From an uncultured Candidatus Saccharibacteria bacterium (lineage in GTDB: Bacteria; Patescibacteriota; Minisyncoccia; Phycocordibacterales; Phycocordibacteraceae), in assembly GCA_964546795.1 (NCBI GenBank), contig CAZJKG010000003.1:22305-86304 (forward strand): DNA of 64,000 nt, read 5' to 3'. Every line of letters starts with the position of its first letter. The first letter of the stretch is position 1. Below, in pieces: positions 1 through 10,500 of this stretch. A program made the position numbers and the translations under genes. The notes under the pieces are model-generated. The model did not search any database and was not told the DNA's origin. It saw nothing but the letters and a program-made list of their open reading frames with translations.

Positions 1-312
1 GGCGGCACGTGTTCCGATTCCGCGCTTAGTGCGCATCGCCTTGCGCTTACCCGGCACGTTCACGATGCGTATTTTCTTCGGGGCGACCGTGTAGATTTCC
101 TTCAGAGCGCTGGCTATCTCGGCCTTCGTCGCGCGTGCAGGAACTTCAAACGTATAAACGCCTTTCTCGGTCGCGATAAGCGCCTTTTCAGAGAACCACG
201 GCGCATGAATAATCTCGTGTGCGATGCCGCCGGAAAGTTTCGTAGTACGTGCGTAGTGTGTGCGCGCGACTTTCTTTTTTTCTTCTTTCTTTTTTGTGCC
301 GAAAATTGACAT
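1..312 (-). CDS. rplW: 50S ribosomal protein L23 (3' end truncated by window)
   Basis: Manual translation MSIFGTKKKEE...APWFSEKA...YTFEVPARATKAEI...IRIVNVPGKRK; lies downstream of rplD. Confidence 0.93.
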   Translation of the reverse strand, partial: MSIFGTKKKEEKKKVARTHYARTTKLSGGIAHEIIHAPWFSEKALIATEKGVYTFEVPARATKAEIASALKEIYTVAPKKIRIVNVPGKRKAMRTKRGIGTRAA

Positions 313-322
313 ACGTATGCGG

Positions 323-1099
323 TTATGCGGACTTGGCGCGCGCAAGCAATACCTTGAACGCCGCCTCCGGATTTTCAATAACAAGATACTTGTGCGCAAG
401 TACGGCGACCGGATTGAGATTGCGCACTTCTTCCGTCATCACATTTCCGAAATTATGGAAACTCTTTGACACATTCGAGTCGTATGCAGCGAGCGCGAGG
501 AGGGCTGCATTCTTTTTCTTTGTCGTGAGCATATCGGCACCCGCGCTCTTCGCGAGCGCGACGAGCGTTCCTTTAGCTACTGCTGTCTTTGGTGCCGCGA
601 ACGTGAATTTTTCCACGAGAATGATCTCGCCGTCTTTGGCCTTCCGTGAAAGCACCGAGACGAGCGCGCCGATGCGCATTTTGCGATTTATCTTCTCGCT
701 ATAGTCACGCTCTGAGCGCGGACCGAAGGTGACACCGCCGTGGCGCCAAATAGGCGAGCGCGTGGAGCCGTGCCTGGCCTGGCCAGTGCCCTTCTGCTTC
801 CACGGCTTCTTGCCGCCGCCCGATACTTCGGCGCGATCTTTGGTATGAGCACGGTTCTGGCGCGCATTGGCTTGCATCGCAGTCGTGACCTGATGCACAA
901 GGTCGCTGCGCCATGGCGCGCCGAAAATACCCTCTGGGAGCGCGATACTACCGACCTTCTTTCCTTCCATGGAGAAAATCGGCATCTCAACAGAAGAGCT
1001 AGCGGGAGAAAAACCGGTAGTAGGACTCGGCTTAGCGGCCCGGAGCGCTACCGGTTTTTTTCCTGCTGGCGACTTCGTGATTTTTTTGTGAGGGGCCAT
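323..1099 (-). CDS. rplD: 50S ribosomal protein L4 with N-terminal extension (start 1099 or 1117)
   Basis: TKDRAEVSGGGKKPWKQKGTGQARHGSTRSPIWRHGG motif. Confidence 0.97.
   Translation of the reverse strand: MAPHKKITKSPAGKKPVALRAAKPSPTTGFSPASSSVEMPIFSMEGKKVGSIALPEGIFGAPWRSDLVHQVTTAMQANARQNRAHTKDRAEVSGGGKKPWKQKGTGQARHGSTRSPIWRHGGVTFGPRSERDYSEKINRKMRIGALVSVLSRKAKDGEIILVEKFTFAAPKTAVAKGTLVALAKSAGADMLTTKKKNAALLALAAYDSNVSKSFHNFGNVMTEEVRNLNPVAVLAHKYLVIENPEAAFKVLLARAKSA
998..1070. repeat. Hairpin element, conserved-loop family, copy 1 (in frame in rplD)
   Basis: ~23 bp stem enclosing GTAGGACTCGGCTTAGCGGCCCGGAGCGCT; same loop occurs at 51071-51147. Confidence 0.8.
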
Positions 1100-1109
1100 G
1101 GTATTCAAA

Positions 1110-1739
1110 TTACGCACTCACGACCTCAAGCACAGTGCCACGGCGACCCGGCACCGCGCCGGAAACGATGATCTTGCCCGCAGCCGCATCGACCACAAGC
1201 ACTTTGAGATTTTTCACGGTCACGCGGTCGGTGCCCATACGACCAGCCATGCGCATGCCTTTGGCGACACGACCTCCGGCGCGACCGCCCGAGCCGCCGA
1301 TGGAACCCGGACTGCGTTCGGTATGCTTCTGGCCGTGCGAGCGCGGGCCGCCATGGAAACCGTGACGCTTCACCACGCCAGCGAAGCCCTTGCCTTTTGT
1401 GAGACCGGAAATCTGCACGGTATCGCCGACGGCAAAGATATCTGCGTTGATTGTATTTCCTGCTACCTGCTCCTGCTCACTGCCTCCTTCGGGAATCCTA
1501 AATTCCCGAAGTGCCTTATATCCCTTGCCTTTCGTATGTCCGAGAACTGCCTTGCTGATGTTCTTTGTCCTACGAGTGCCGGTGCCGACTTGAATAGCTG
1601 CATAGCCGTCCTTGCCGTCTTTGGTCTTGACCTGAGTGACTACGACCGGATCTGCAGTGAGAATGGTCCCCGCATATGCGCGACCATCCTCCGCGAAAAT
1701 ACGCGTCATGCCTTCTTTCTTCGCGAGGATAAATTTCAT
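1110..1739 (-). CDS. rplC: 50S ribosomal protein L3
   Basis: GLTKGKGFAGVVKRHGF, HGQKHTERSPGSIG, GMRMAGRMG motifs. Confidence 0.98.
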   Translation of the reverse strand: MKFILAKKEGMTRIFAEDGRAYAGTILTADPVVVTQVKTKDGKDGYAAIQVGTGTRRTKNISKAVLGHTKGKGYKALREFRIPEGGSEQEQVAGNTINADIFAVGDTVQISGLTKGKGFAGVVKRHGFHGGPRSHGQKHTERSPGSIGGSGGRAGGRVAKGMRMAGRMGTDRVTVKNLKVLVVDAAAGKIIVSGAVPGRRGTVLEVVSA

Positions 1740-1845
1740 TTTTTATGGTGAGTACCATCGAACCAAAAGCAAAACGCGCAACAGCAAATCGCGTGCGCGA
1801 GTTGCCATAGGACCGGTCACAGACACCGTTCGTAGCGTTAGGAGC

Positions 1846-1874
1846 ACTGTACAGGACGCATGAAAAAGATGCAA
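1846..1874 (-). promoter_or_regulatory. Sigma70-type promoter for rplC operon
   Basis: TTGCAT-17bp-TACAGT followed by a ~100 nt leader. Confidence 0.6.
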
Positions 1875-1910
1875 GAAAACACACAACCACCCTTGCGGGC
1901 GGTTGTGTGT
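1875..1910 (-). terminator. Intrinsic terminator between rpsJ and rplC
   Basis: ACACACAACCGCCC-GCAA-GGGTGGTTGTGTGT followed by TTTC. Confidence 0.7.
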
Positions 1911-2031
1911 CGATTCAGCAGAATCGCCTATTGGGTTTCTTGGCAACCTTTTCGTTACACCATTCCCTCGACTGACTCGGGATTAGTTAAAACCATAGTC
2001 ACGCGGACGTTCCTTGGTTTTATACCATCTT

Positions 2032-2076
2032 TACCCCAGAACCACAACCTCGCTTCGCTCGGTTGGCTACGGGGCA
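2032..2076. repeat. Palindromic REP-like element after rpsJ
   Basis: CCCC...CAACC-TCGCTTCGCTC-GGTTG...GGGG; GCTTCGCTCGG core recurs near 30056. Confidence 0.45.
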
Positions 2077-2081
2077 GGCAT

Positions 2082-2522
2082 CTACACCATTTTAACGTCT
2101 ATAGTTACTCCAGACGGCAAATTTAAATTGGTGAGGGCCTCAACCACCTTTGGCGAGGGGTTCAGAATATCAATGAGGCGTTTATGAATGCGCATTTCGA
2201 ACTGTTCCCGTGCATCCTTATGGACGAACGTCGAGCGATTCACCGTCCAACGCTTGGTCTCGGTTGGCAACGGCACTGGGCCGACGACAACTGCGTCGAA
2301 GCGTACTGCGGTATCCATAATCTGCTTGACCGAGAGATCGAGAATCTTATGTTCGTAGGCGCGGACACGGATACGGAGCTTGTGCTCTATTGCCGGGACG
2401 GCGGGTGCAACTACTTTCTTCGCTCGCTTGGCCGCGGGAGTAGAAACGTGCGCCGCCTTTGCACTCTTGGCAGGTGCTTTTTTGGTGGCTGTTTTTTTCT
2501 TCGCTGCCGTCGCTGTTGCCAT
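2082..2522 (-). CDS. rpsJ: 30S ribosomal protein S10 with Ala/Lys-rich N-terminal extension
   Basis: KLRIRVRAYEH...GPVPLPT...HKDAREQFEMRIHKRLIDI. Confidence 0.98.
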   Translation of the reverse strand: MATATAAKKKTATKKAPAKSAKAAHVSTPAAKRAKKVVAPAVPAIEHKLRIRVRAYEHKILDLSVKQIMDTAVRFDAVVVGPVPLPTETKRWTVNRSTFVHKDAREQFEMRIHKRLIDILNPSPKVVEALTNLNLPSGVTIDVKMV

Positions 2523-2550
2523 GTTGCAATATGCTTCGCTATTGCACTGC

Positions 2551-3750
<1,200 letters not shown>

Positions 3751-3870
3751 AATCGGATAAATTAAATTGGTAATTCACGAACGATCCGACGTGAGTCGGA
3801 ACAATCTCCAGGGCGTGCCGACTCACAAAAGCAGACAAGCCAAAGAGCGACGCCAAGATGCGTTATAAGC

Positions 3871-3899
3871 ACTATACGCAAGGCCGTACACAAATGCAA
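3871..3899 (-). promoter_or_regulatory. Promoter of tuf
   Basis: TTGCAT-17bp-TATAGT. Confidence 0.6.
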
Positions 3900-3914
3900 G
3901 AGTTTATAAAACAA

Positions 3915-3960
3915 GAAAGCCGCCCGACGAGCGACCTTCTGTCGTTGCTCGTGGCAGCTT
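3915..3960 (-). terminator. Terminator-like hairpin after orphan ORF
   Basis: AAGCTGCC..ACGAGC...GCTCGT..GGCGGCTT followed by TCTTGTTTT. Confidence 0.5.
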
Positions 3961-3966
3961 CGTGCA

Positions 3967-4170
3967 CTACTCGGACTTTGGCATCTTTGTTTTCTGAAGA
4001 GCATCCTCGGCACGAAAAGAACGAATCATCTCTCCGTAGAACTCTTCGGATATGTCGGCTCTGACCGTCAGCGTTATCAAATGCCCGCCAATAATAGGCA
4101 CCCCTTTCTTCTCCAGATACCTGCAGACCCGATCGAACATTATGTGCGAACGAACCTCTATTGTCGCCAT
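3967..4170 (-). CDS. Small hypothetical protein (67 aa) inserted between fusA and tuf
   Basis: AAAGGAGG SD ~8 nt before ATG; downstream hairpin. Confidence 0.6.
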   Translation of the reverse strand: MATIEVRSHIMFDRVCRYLEKKGVPIIGGHLITLTVRADISEEFYGEMIRSFRAEDALQKTKMPKSE

Positions 4171-4248
4171 ATTTCTCGCCTCCTTTAGCTTGGGGGTGTC
4201 CGTATTTAAAAACCTTCCAAAGGAGTAGCAAGTTTCTTTTGCAGCCCT

Positions 4249-4265
4249 ACAAGGTTCAACCTTGT
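4249..4265. repeat. Short palindrome ACAAGGTT-C-AACCTTGT (REP-like)
   Basis: Perfect 8 bp inverted repeat just after the fusA stop. Confidence 0.35.
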
Positions 4266-4277
4266 TAAAAAGTAGGA

Positions 4278-6425
4278 TTATTTTCGGGACGCAATAATAT
4301 CGGCTGCGACGTTGTTCGGCACTGTTTCGTAGTGATCAAATTCCATAGTCATGCTTCCACGGCCTTCGGTCATAGAGCGAAGCGTGGTAGTGTAGCCGAA
4401 CATTTCGGAAAGCGGAACTTTGGCGCGCACCACTTTATTTAGGCCGCGTTCATCCATACCCTCTATCTGACCGCGCTTGCCCGAGAGGTTGCCGGTGATA
4501 TCACCCATGAACTGCTCCGGCACGATGACTTCAATGCGCATGATTGGTTCCAGGATAACGGGCTTGGCTTTTTGTGCGGCCTCCTTAAACGCCATGGATG
4601 CAGCGATTTTAAAAGCGATTTCCGAAGAGTCCACATCGTGATACGAACCGTCATAGAGCTCTACGGAGATATCAACCATCGGGAAGCCAGCGAGAAATCC
4701 ACGCGCCATCGCTTCGCGCACGCCCTTTTCCACCGCCGGGATGTATTCCTGTGGGACGACGCCGCCTTTGATGTTGTTAATGAATTCAAAATGGTCTTCG
4801 CGCGTCGTGTTCTTGGAGACCTTCTTGTCCGGATCAACCGCCTCCATCTTCTTCATCTTGATTTTGACGTGGCCATACTGACCGCGTCCGCCCGTCTGCT
4901 TAATGTACTTCCCTTCGGCCTCGGAGGCGCCGAGGATGGTCTCGCGATATGCCACTTGCGGCTTCCCTACATCTGCGACGACATTGAACTCGCGCTTCAT
5001 GCGGTCAACGAGAATTTCTAGGTGCAGCTCGCCCATGCCGGAGATGATGGTCTCGGAGGTCTCTTCGTCGGTCTTGATGCGGAAGGTTGGGTCCTCGTCC
5101 GAGAGTTTCCGAAGTGCCATACCCATCTTTTCCTGATCCGCTTTCGTTTTCGGCTCAATCCGCAGAGACACCACCGGCTCAGGGAACTTAATCTCTTCAA
5201 GCATGATTGGATTCGCCTCGTCACAGAGCGTATGGGACGTTTTCGTATCCTTGAGGCCTACAGCCGCGGCTATTTCACCGGTAAATACTTTCTCAACCTC
5301 TTCGCGCTTATCGGCCTGGAGACGCACGATACGACTAATTCGTTCTTTGGAACCAGTAGTTGAATTATAGACATATGAACCGGCGGTGAGTGTGCCTGAA
5401 TAGACACGGAAAAAGGTAAGAGCGCCGACGAAGGGGTCGGTTTGGAGTTTAAAGGCGAGCGCACAGAACGGCTCGTCGTCTGACGCGTGGCGCTCGATCG
5501 GCTCGCCCGTCTTCGGGTTCTTCCCGGTTGCGGGCGGCAGGTCTAAAGGCGACGGAAGATAATCAACGACGGCATCGAGCACTAGTTGTACGCCCTTATT
5601 CTTAAGTGCGCTCCCGCAGTAGACCGGGAATATCTCGTTATGGATGACTGCTTTGCGCAGGATGGATTTCAATTCCGCGAGCGTTGGCTCCTTACCCTCA
5701 AGATAGGCGGTCATCGCCGTATCATCTTGCTCGACGATACGCTCTATAAGCGCGGCACGATATTTCTTCGCATCCTCAAGAAGCGCTGCTGGGATTTCAT
5801 CCTGTATCACTTCCTCGCCCATATTCCCCGAGAAGGTGTAGGCCTTCATCGTAAGTAAATCGACAACTCCTTCGTGCGCCGCCTCTTCGCCGATAGGAAT
5901 TTGCATGCGAATGGCCTTGGGTGAAAGTCGGTCGAGGATGCTCGTGTAGGAATTCTCAAACGATGCGCCGGTGCGATCAAGCTTGTTAATGAAACAAACG
6001 CGCGGCACTGCGGCCTCATCCGCATAGCGCCAGTTGGTCTCGGACTGCGGCTCAACGCCTGCGACGCCGTCAAAGACGACTATGGCTCCATCCAAGACAC
6101 GCATAGAACGCTTCACTTCGGCAGTGAAATCGATGTGTCCGGGAGTATCAATGACATTGAAACGATATTTCTTGGAGGTATCAACTTTGTCCTTCTCGTC
6201 CGTTTTCACCCAGAAACAAGTGATGGCGGCGGCCGTAATGGTGATGCCGCGTTCGCGCTCCTGCTCCATCCAGTCGGTCGTCGTATCGCCCTCATGCACT
6301 TCCCCGATTTTGTGCTGACTGCCCGTATAGAAAAGTACGCGTTCGCTGGTCGTCGTCTTCCCCGCGTCAATGTGAGCAATAATTCCAAAATTTCTAACTC
6401 GCTCTAATGGATAATCCCGGTTCAT
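4278..6425 (-). CDS. fusA: Elongation factor G
   Basis: [38 protein letters not shown]. Confidence 0.99.
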   Translation of the reverse strand: MNRDYPLERVRNFGIIAHIDAGKTTTSERVLFYTGSQHKIGEVHEGDTTTDWMEQERERGITITAAAITCFWVKTDEKDKVDTSKKYRFNVIDTPGHIDFTAEVKRSMRVLDGAIVVFDGVAGVEPQSETNWRYADEAAVPRVCFINKLDRTGASFENSYTSILDRLSPKAIRMQIPIGEEAAHEGVVDLLTMKAYTFSGNMGEEVIQDEIPAALLEDAKKYRAALIERIVEQDDTAMTAYLEGKEPTLAELKSILRKAVIHNEIFPVYCGSALKNKGVQLVLDAVVDYLPSPLDLPPATGKNPKTGEPIERHASDDEPFCALAFKLQTDPFVGALTFFRVYSGTLTAGSYVYNSTTGSKERISRIVRLQADKREEVEKVFTGEIAAAVGLKDTKTSHTLCDEANPIMLEEIKFPEPVVSLRIEPKTKADQEKMGMALRKLSDEDPTFRIKTDEETSETIISGMGELHLEILVDRMKREFNVVADVGKPQVAYRETILGASEAEGKYIKQTGGRGQYGHVKIKMKKMEAVDPDKKVSKNTTREDHFEFINNIKGGVVPQEYIPAVEKGVREAMARGFLAGFPMVDISVELYDGSYHDVDSSEIAFKIAASMAFKEAAQKAKPVILEPIMRIEVIVPEQFMGDITGNLSGKRGQIEGMDERGLNKVVRAKVPLSEMFGYTTTLRSMTEGRGSMTMEFDHYETVPNNVAADIIASRK

Positions 6426-6437
6426 GATTTAAAAGTA

Positions 6438-6458
6438 ATCCTTCGACAAGCTCAGGAT
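6438..6458. repeat. Palindromic repeat, CCTTCGAC-nnn-GCTCAGG family, copy 1
   Basis: ATCCTTCGACAAGCTCAGGAT between rpsG and fusA; second copy at 14561-14580. Confidence 0.6.
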
Positions 6459-6474
6459 GATTTTGATTACAAAA

Positions 6475-6939
6475 TCACCACGCGAAGTGAGCAAAGGCCT
6501 TGTTGGCCTCGGCCATGCGGTGCATCTCGTCCTTCTTCTTTATCGCGTCGCCTTCATTCTTTGCGGCAAGCAAGAGTTCGGTAGCGAGCTTATCCTTCAT
6601 CGGCTTTCCCTTCTTCGCGCGAGCGGCGTTGATAAGCCAGCGGAATGAGAGTGCAAGACGGCGATTCTGCGGAACTTCACGCGGCACCTGGTAATTCGCT
6701 CCGCCGACGCGTCGCGAACGAACTTCCATCAAAGGCGATACGTTGCGGAGTGCCGCTTCAAATGTCTCCAGAGGATTAGCGCCATCCTTTTCTATTACGG
6801 CGAGTGCTCCATAGACGACCGCGCGTGCAGTATCTTTTTTGCCGTCCCACATGACGGCATTGATGAAACGAGTGAGCGTCTCCGAACCGTACTTGAGGTC
6901 CGGGCGCCAGGTGCGCTTCTTTTTAAGGGGACGTCGCAT
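6475..6939 (-). CDS. rpsG: 30S ribosomal protein S7
   Basis: EVRSRRVGGANYQVP, HRMAEANKAFAHF. Confidence 0.99.
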   Translation of the reverse strand: MRRPLKKKRTWRPDLKYGSETLTRFINAVMWDGKKDTARAVVYGALAVIEKDGANPLETFEAALRNVSPLMEVRSRRVGGANYQVPREVPQNRRLALSFRWLINAARAKKGKPMKDKLATELLLAAKNEGDAIKKKDEMHRMAEANKAFAHFAW

Positions 6940-6941
6940 GG

Positions 6942-7355
6942 TTATTTCGCAGTGGGACGCTTGGCGCCGTAGCGCGAGCGCGAGCGGCGGCGCTTCTCGA
7001 GACCTGCAGTGTCGAGTTTCCCGCGCACGACGGTATACTGGACGCCGACGTCCTTCACGCGGCCACCGCGAAGCAATACGACCGAGTGTTCCTGCAAGTT
7101 GTGTCCCTCGCCTGGGATATAGGCGGTTACTTCCATACCGTTCGTGAGACGTACACGAGCGATCTTGCGGATAGCGGAGTTCGGCTTCCTTGGTGTCTTT
7201 GTGGTCACTTTCGTGCAGACACCGCGCTTGAAAGGCGAAGCGTAATACGTCGGACGATTCTTGAGCGCATTAAAACCACGCGCAAGAGCGGGCACGGTCG
7301 TTTTGCGCGACCGGTCCTTCCGACCTCTCTTAGAAAGTTGATTGATGGTTGCCAT
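6942..7355 (-). CDS. rpsL: 30S ribosomal protein S12
   Basis: [31 protein letters not shown]. Confidence 0.99.
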   Translation of the reverse strand: MATINQLSKRGRKDRSRKTTVPALARGFNALKNRPTYYASPFKRGVCTKVTTKTPRKPNSAIRKIARVRLTNGMEVTAYIPGEGHNLQEHSVVLLRGGRVKDVGVQYTVVRGKLDTAGLEKRRRSRSRYGAKRPTAK

Positions 7356-7386
7356 TTCGCTTGGTAGTAGAAAAAGAAGACCCCGT

Positions 7387-7404
7387 GCCTACCGGCAGGC
7401 AGGC
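7387..7404. repeat. Palindromic repeat, CCTGCCTGCCGGCAGGCAGG family, in rpsL leader
   Basis: GCCTACCGGCAGGCAGGC; perfect copy at 14121-14140. Confidence 0.6.
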
Positions 7405-7420
7405 GAGGCGGGTCAAGAGC

Positions 7421-7449
7421 AATATAAGGGAGTAACGCAGGAAATGCAA
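7421..7449 (-). promoter_or_regulatory. Promoter of str operon
   Basis: TTGCAT-17bp-TATATT. Confidence 0.6.
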
Positions 7450-7463
7450 ACGACGGCCTAAGA

Positions 7464-8339
7464 TTATTCGATTGGCTCGCGGTAGGGGTCAGTGGCGTAC
7501 GGTTTTGATGGAGCCGGAGATAGTGCGGGAGTCGCAGACGCACTCGTTGTCGGAGGAACAGCTTTTGGTTCCATGTTTCCTTGCGGAACCATGACGGGAG
7601 ATGCGACTCTGGGAGGAACCGTAAATGACGGACGGCCGCCGGCAGGAATAACGCCGGAGGGCATTGCGCCGGGCAGATTCGCCGGCGACATGCTTCTGGA
7701 CATTTCATTTTTCGTCGGAATCGGAAATGGTGCGGCTGGAGGTGTTGTTCTTATGGGAGCTGGGGACGATGGCGCAGCGGTCTTGCCGAATTCTATATGT
7801 GGCTCCTCATGGTCCTCAAGCAATGTGTTGCTGTTTATCGGTTTTGAAGTTCCTATCATAGTTGGTCGTTGTGAGTTCCCCATGACTTTTGAAGAAGGGA
7901 CAGTAGGTGATGATGGACGAAGAGGAATCTTGTTCTCCAGATGAAAATGACTTGCAGTGCCAGGGACGGGTATAGATACCGGAGGCGGCATAGTCGGTAC
8001 CAGCGTTTCTTTGTTTATTTGCGCGCTTTTCATTTCTTCCTGCCGCAAGGGAATAAAAACTTCTTGGTTAACATCGTTAATGATATCTAAAACGGTCTGT
8101 CTTGATACGGGCAACTGCGCATACAGTTCTGCTGCGAATTCATCCGGACTTTTTAGACCGAGAAGGAGGAACATGAGCTCCCGTTCAAGAATTGTTCCCT
8201 GGTCTATATGGAGCGCATACCGTTCCATAAGGAGACGAGCCGTTGCACCGAGTTTACGGTCCTCAAAAAATTTCTGGATAGGTAACGGTAATGTTGGAAG
8301 TATCTGGCGAATACTCTCTTCCAATGTTAGTTCAGCCAT
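7464..8339 (-). CDS. Hypothetical protein with Pro-rich C-terminal half
   Basis: 291 aa ORF in operon with upstream genes; ends DPYREPIE. Confidence 0.8.
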   Translation of the reverse strand: MAELTLEESIRQILPTLPLPIQKFFEDRKLGATARLLMERYALHIDQGTILERELMFLLLGLKSPDEFAAELYAQLPVSRQTVLDIINDVNQEVFIPLRQEEMKSAQINKETLVPTMPPPVSIPVPGTASHFHLENKIPLRPSSPTVPSSKVMGNSQRPTMIGTSKPINSNTLLEDHEEPHIEFGKTAAPSSPAPIRTTPPAAPFPIPTKNEMSRSMSPANLPGAMPSGVIPAGGRPSFTVPPRVASPVMVPQGNMEPKAVPPTTSASATPALSPAPSKPYATDPYREPIE

Positions 8340-8348
8340 AAGATTTTA

Positions 8349-10499
8349 TTACTTAGATTTTTCTTCACTACCTGAATCCGCTTTTATCTTCTCATCCGCT
8401 TTCCCGAGTATCGCCTCAAGTTGGTCCAGCTTTTTCTGGCTCTTATCCTTTTGTGAATCGCTAATAATTTTACCGGCAGCTTCTCGCCTTGCTGAACCGA
8501 CTGCTGTTGTCCAATCATATGGCGCACGAGGAATCCCGAGGAACGATTTTTCCTGAAGCGCTTTTCCATACTGCTCCTGATTCTTTTCAGTGCTGTTATT
8601 TTTTATAATTATGTCTTGAGCGGCTATCGCGGCTCCGAAACGGTTCTTTTCTGTCTCAATTTTCTTACGAATTGGGTCTAGTTTTTCGCGTTCTTTGTCT
8701 TTAAGATCATCATGGATACGCGCATTATTATTGTATGCCGTTTCTGCATTTCTAATCTGATCTGCATTCCCGAATTTGCGTGCCGCCTCAAGTTCTTGCT
8801 GTTTGAGTTTTAGTTCTTCTCTGCTCGCGTCAATAATCTTTTGTGATGTTTTGAGTTGTGTCTGTTCCTCAACTCCAAGCGCAGCTATATTTTTATCATG
8901 CTCCGTCTCCAGCTGTTCTTTCATCGTCTTGGCTTGTGCAGTCGCATTTTTTTGCTCCTGTGATTGAACAAGTCCTTTGGCGTATTCTGTACGGGCTTTA
9001 ACCAATTCTTCCTCTCGCCCTCGATATCCGCCTTTTTGTGCCTCTCCGGCTTCAATACCAGCCGCTTTTAGACCACCAAGTGTTGTAGCGCCGCGGATAT
9101 CGAAACTCGCTTTCGCTCCGCGATCAGCAACCCCTGCAAGAAGCCGGCCCGTTTCGCTACGACCCAATGAACTGGAACGAATTTTGCGAGCAGCAAAATT
9201 AGACACACGCCCGACAGTGCGACGACCAACAAATGCGGTTGCCCCGAAGCTGAGTTTGCCGGCGCTCTTCATCGCCCAGCCGGCGCCGAATGCAGAGAGT
9301 TTTTTTGAAAAAATGGAGACGGCAGCGAGGAGTCCCATCGCGACAAGGAAGGAAATCAGTATCCTCGCGAAGCCGGGTAAATTAAATGTTCCTCTCGGGT
9401 CCTGAATAAATCCCAAATAGTCCGGCTTTGCGCCACCAAGGGAATCAAATAGGAAAGAATCGTTAGTGATGACGAGAAGAGCTATGTAGAGCAGGAGTAA
9501 TAAGATCGGTGCGGTGATGGTCTGATCAAAAAGGGCCTTCCACCATTTATTCGCCGTGGGAGCGAGCTGTGGTATCGCGAGTCCCGCAAAGCCGATAGGC
9601 GCGAGAATGATGAGGAAGATGAGAGCGACGAAACGCGCAATGAGTATGAATGCGAGCGAAAATATCACGAACGCCGCGACGATGAAAAGCAGAATGCCCA
9701 TGATACCTATCAAACCGATATTGTCGGCTTTAAATAATTCTTTGCTTTTTTCTGAATCGAGTGCGGCACCATACAGGGTTTGAAGCCCCAGTTGGGACAT
9801 AATCTTGCTCGAGATGGTCTCATTTGAGATTGAACTTTTATTCCCCGCCGCAACGCCACCGTTTATCTGCGTATAGAACTGGGTCGCGAAGAGATTGCCC
9901 GTATCTATGACCGCCTCGGATATGAAAAGTGAGAAGTTGAGAAAGACGGCGGCGACCAGGAGCATCGGGAGAAATTTCTTTCTGTCGCCGTACCAGTCCA
10001 CATTCAAAATGGTGGTGATGCCGACAGCGAGGAAGCCGAATATGAGCGTGATGTTACCGATGTCGCGCAGAATACTCCAAGCGACGCCAATGGCCGGAAG
10101 ATTGTTTATATAAGACCCCATCTTAACGACGGTGTAGAGCACTGCGTAATCGAGCGTGACCATCGCGACACCCAAGAGCCAGGCGAAAATGGTCATAAGG
10201 AACGTCATGACAGAAGCGAAGACGCCACCTGCTTGGAAAGGAAGCGGGATGCCAGCGGATGCCGCATCTGCATTAGCATTAATTTGCGCCTGGAGGGGAG
10301 CAATTGCGGAAAGATCAGCGGCGGCGCCAGCAGTACTCGGCGGTTTGCAGGCCTGTGTGCGATTTCCGACTGGAACACATTGAGCGTTTTCATCAAGGGA
10401 ACATCCCGATTCGCAAGTTTGGGCAAGCACGGCGGGCGCTGCGCCCGCCGTGCTTATGACGAACGTGAGAATAATGAATGGGACGGTGAAGCGACGCAT
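8349..10499 (-). CDS. Polytopic membrane protein with C-terminal coiled coil, VirB6/TrbL-like (CPR type)
   Basis: Signal peptide MRRFTVPF..., many TM segments, AWSILRDIGNI and LIILAPIGF motifs; start placed at 10499, 1 nt after the upstream stop; family call is inference. Confidence 0.65.
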   Translation of the reverse strand: MRRFTVPFIILTFVISTAGAAPAVLAQTCESGCSLDENAQCVPVGNRTQACKPPSTAGAAADLSAIAPLQAQINANADAASAGIPLPFQAGGVFASVMTFLMTIFAWLLGVAMVTLDYAVLYTVVKMGSYINNLPAIGVAWSILRDIGNITLIFGFLAVGITTILNVDWYGDRKKFLPMLLVAAVFLNFSLFISEAVIDTGNLFATQFYTQINGGVAAGNKSSISNETISSKIMSQLGLQTLYGAALDSEKSKELFKADNIGLIGIMGILLFIVAAFVIFSLAFILIARFVALIFLIILAPIGFAGLAIPQLAPTANKWWKALFDQTITAPILLLLLYIALLVITNDSFLFDSLGGAKPDYLGFIQDPRGTFNLPGFARILISFLVAMGLLAAVSIFSKKLSAFGAGWAMKSAGKLSFGATAFVGRRTVGRVSNFAARKIRSSSLGRSETGRLLAGVADRGAKASFDIRGATTLGGLKAAGIEAGEAQKGGYRGREEELVKARTEYAKGLVQSQEQKNATAQAKTMKEQLETEHDKNIAALGVEEQTQLKTSQKIIDASREELKLKQQELEAARKFGNADQIRNAETAYNNNARIHDDLKDKEREKLDPIRKKIETEKNRFGAAIAAQDIIIKNNSTEKNQEQYGKALQEKSFLGIPRAPYDWTTAVGSARREAAGKIISDSQKDKSQKKLDQLEAILGKADEKIKADSGSEEKSK

Positions 10500-10500
10500 A

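Noticed and set aside
6390-6400. GTTAGAAAT match near the fusA start as a fifth element copy
   Set aside because: It encodes conserved RVRNFG and has no partner repeat or ATG duplication.
6475-6477. Recoded genetic code (TGA=Gly, code 25)
   Set aside because: TGA ends conserved genes at their normal termini (rpsG, rny, dnaA, rpmH).
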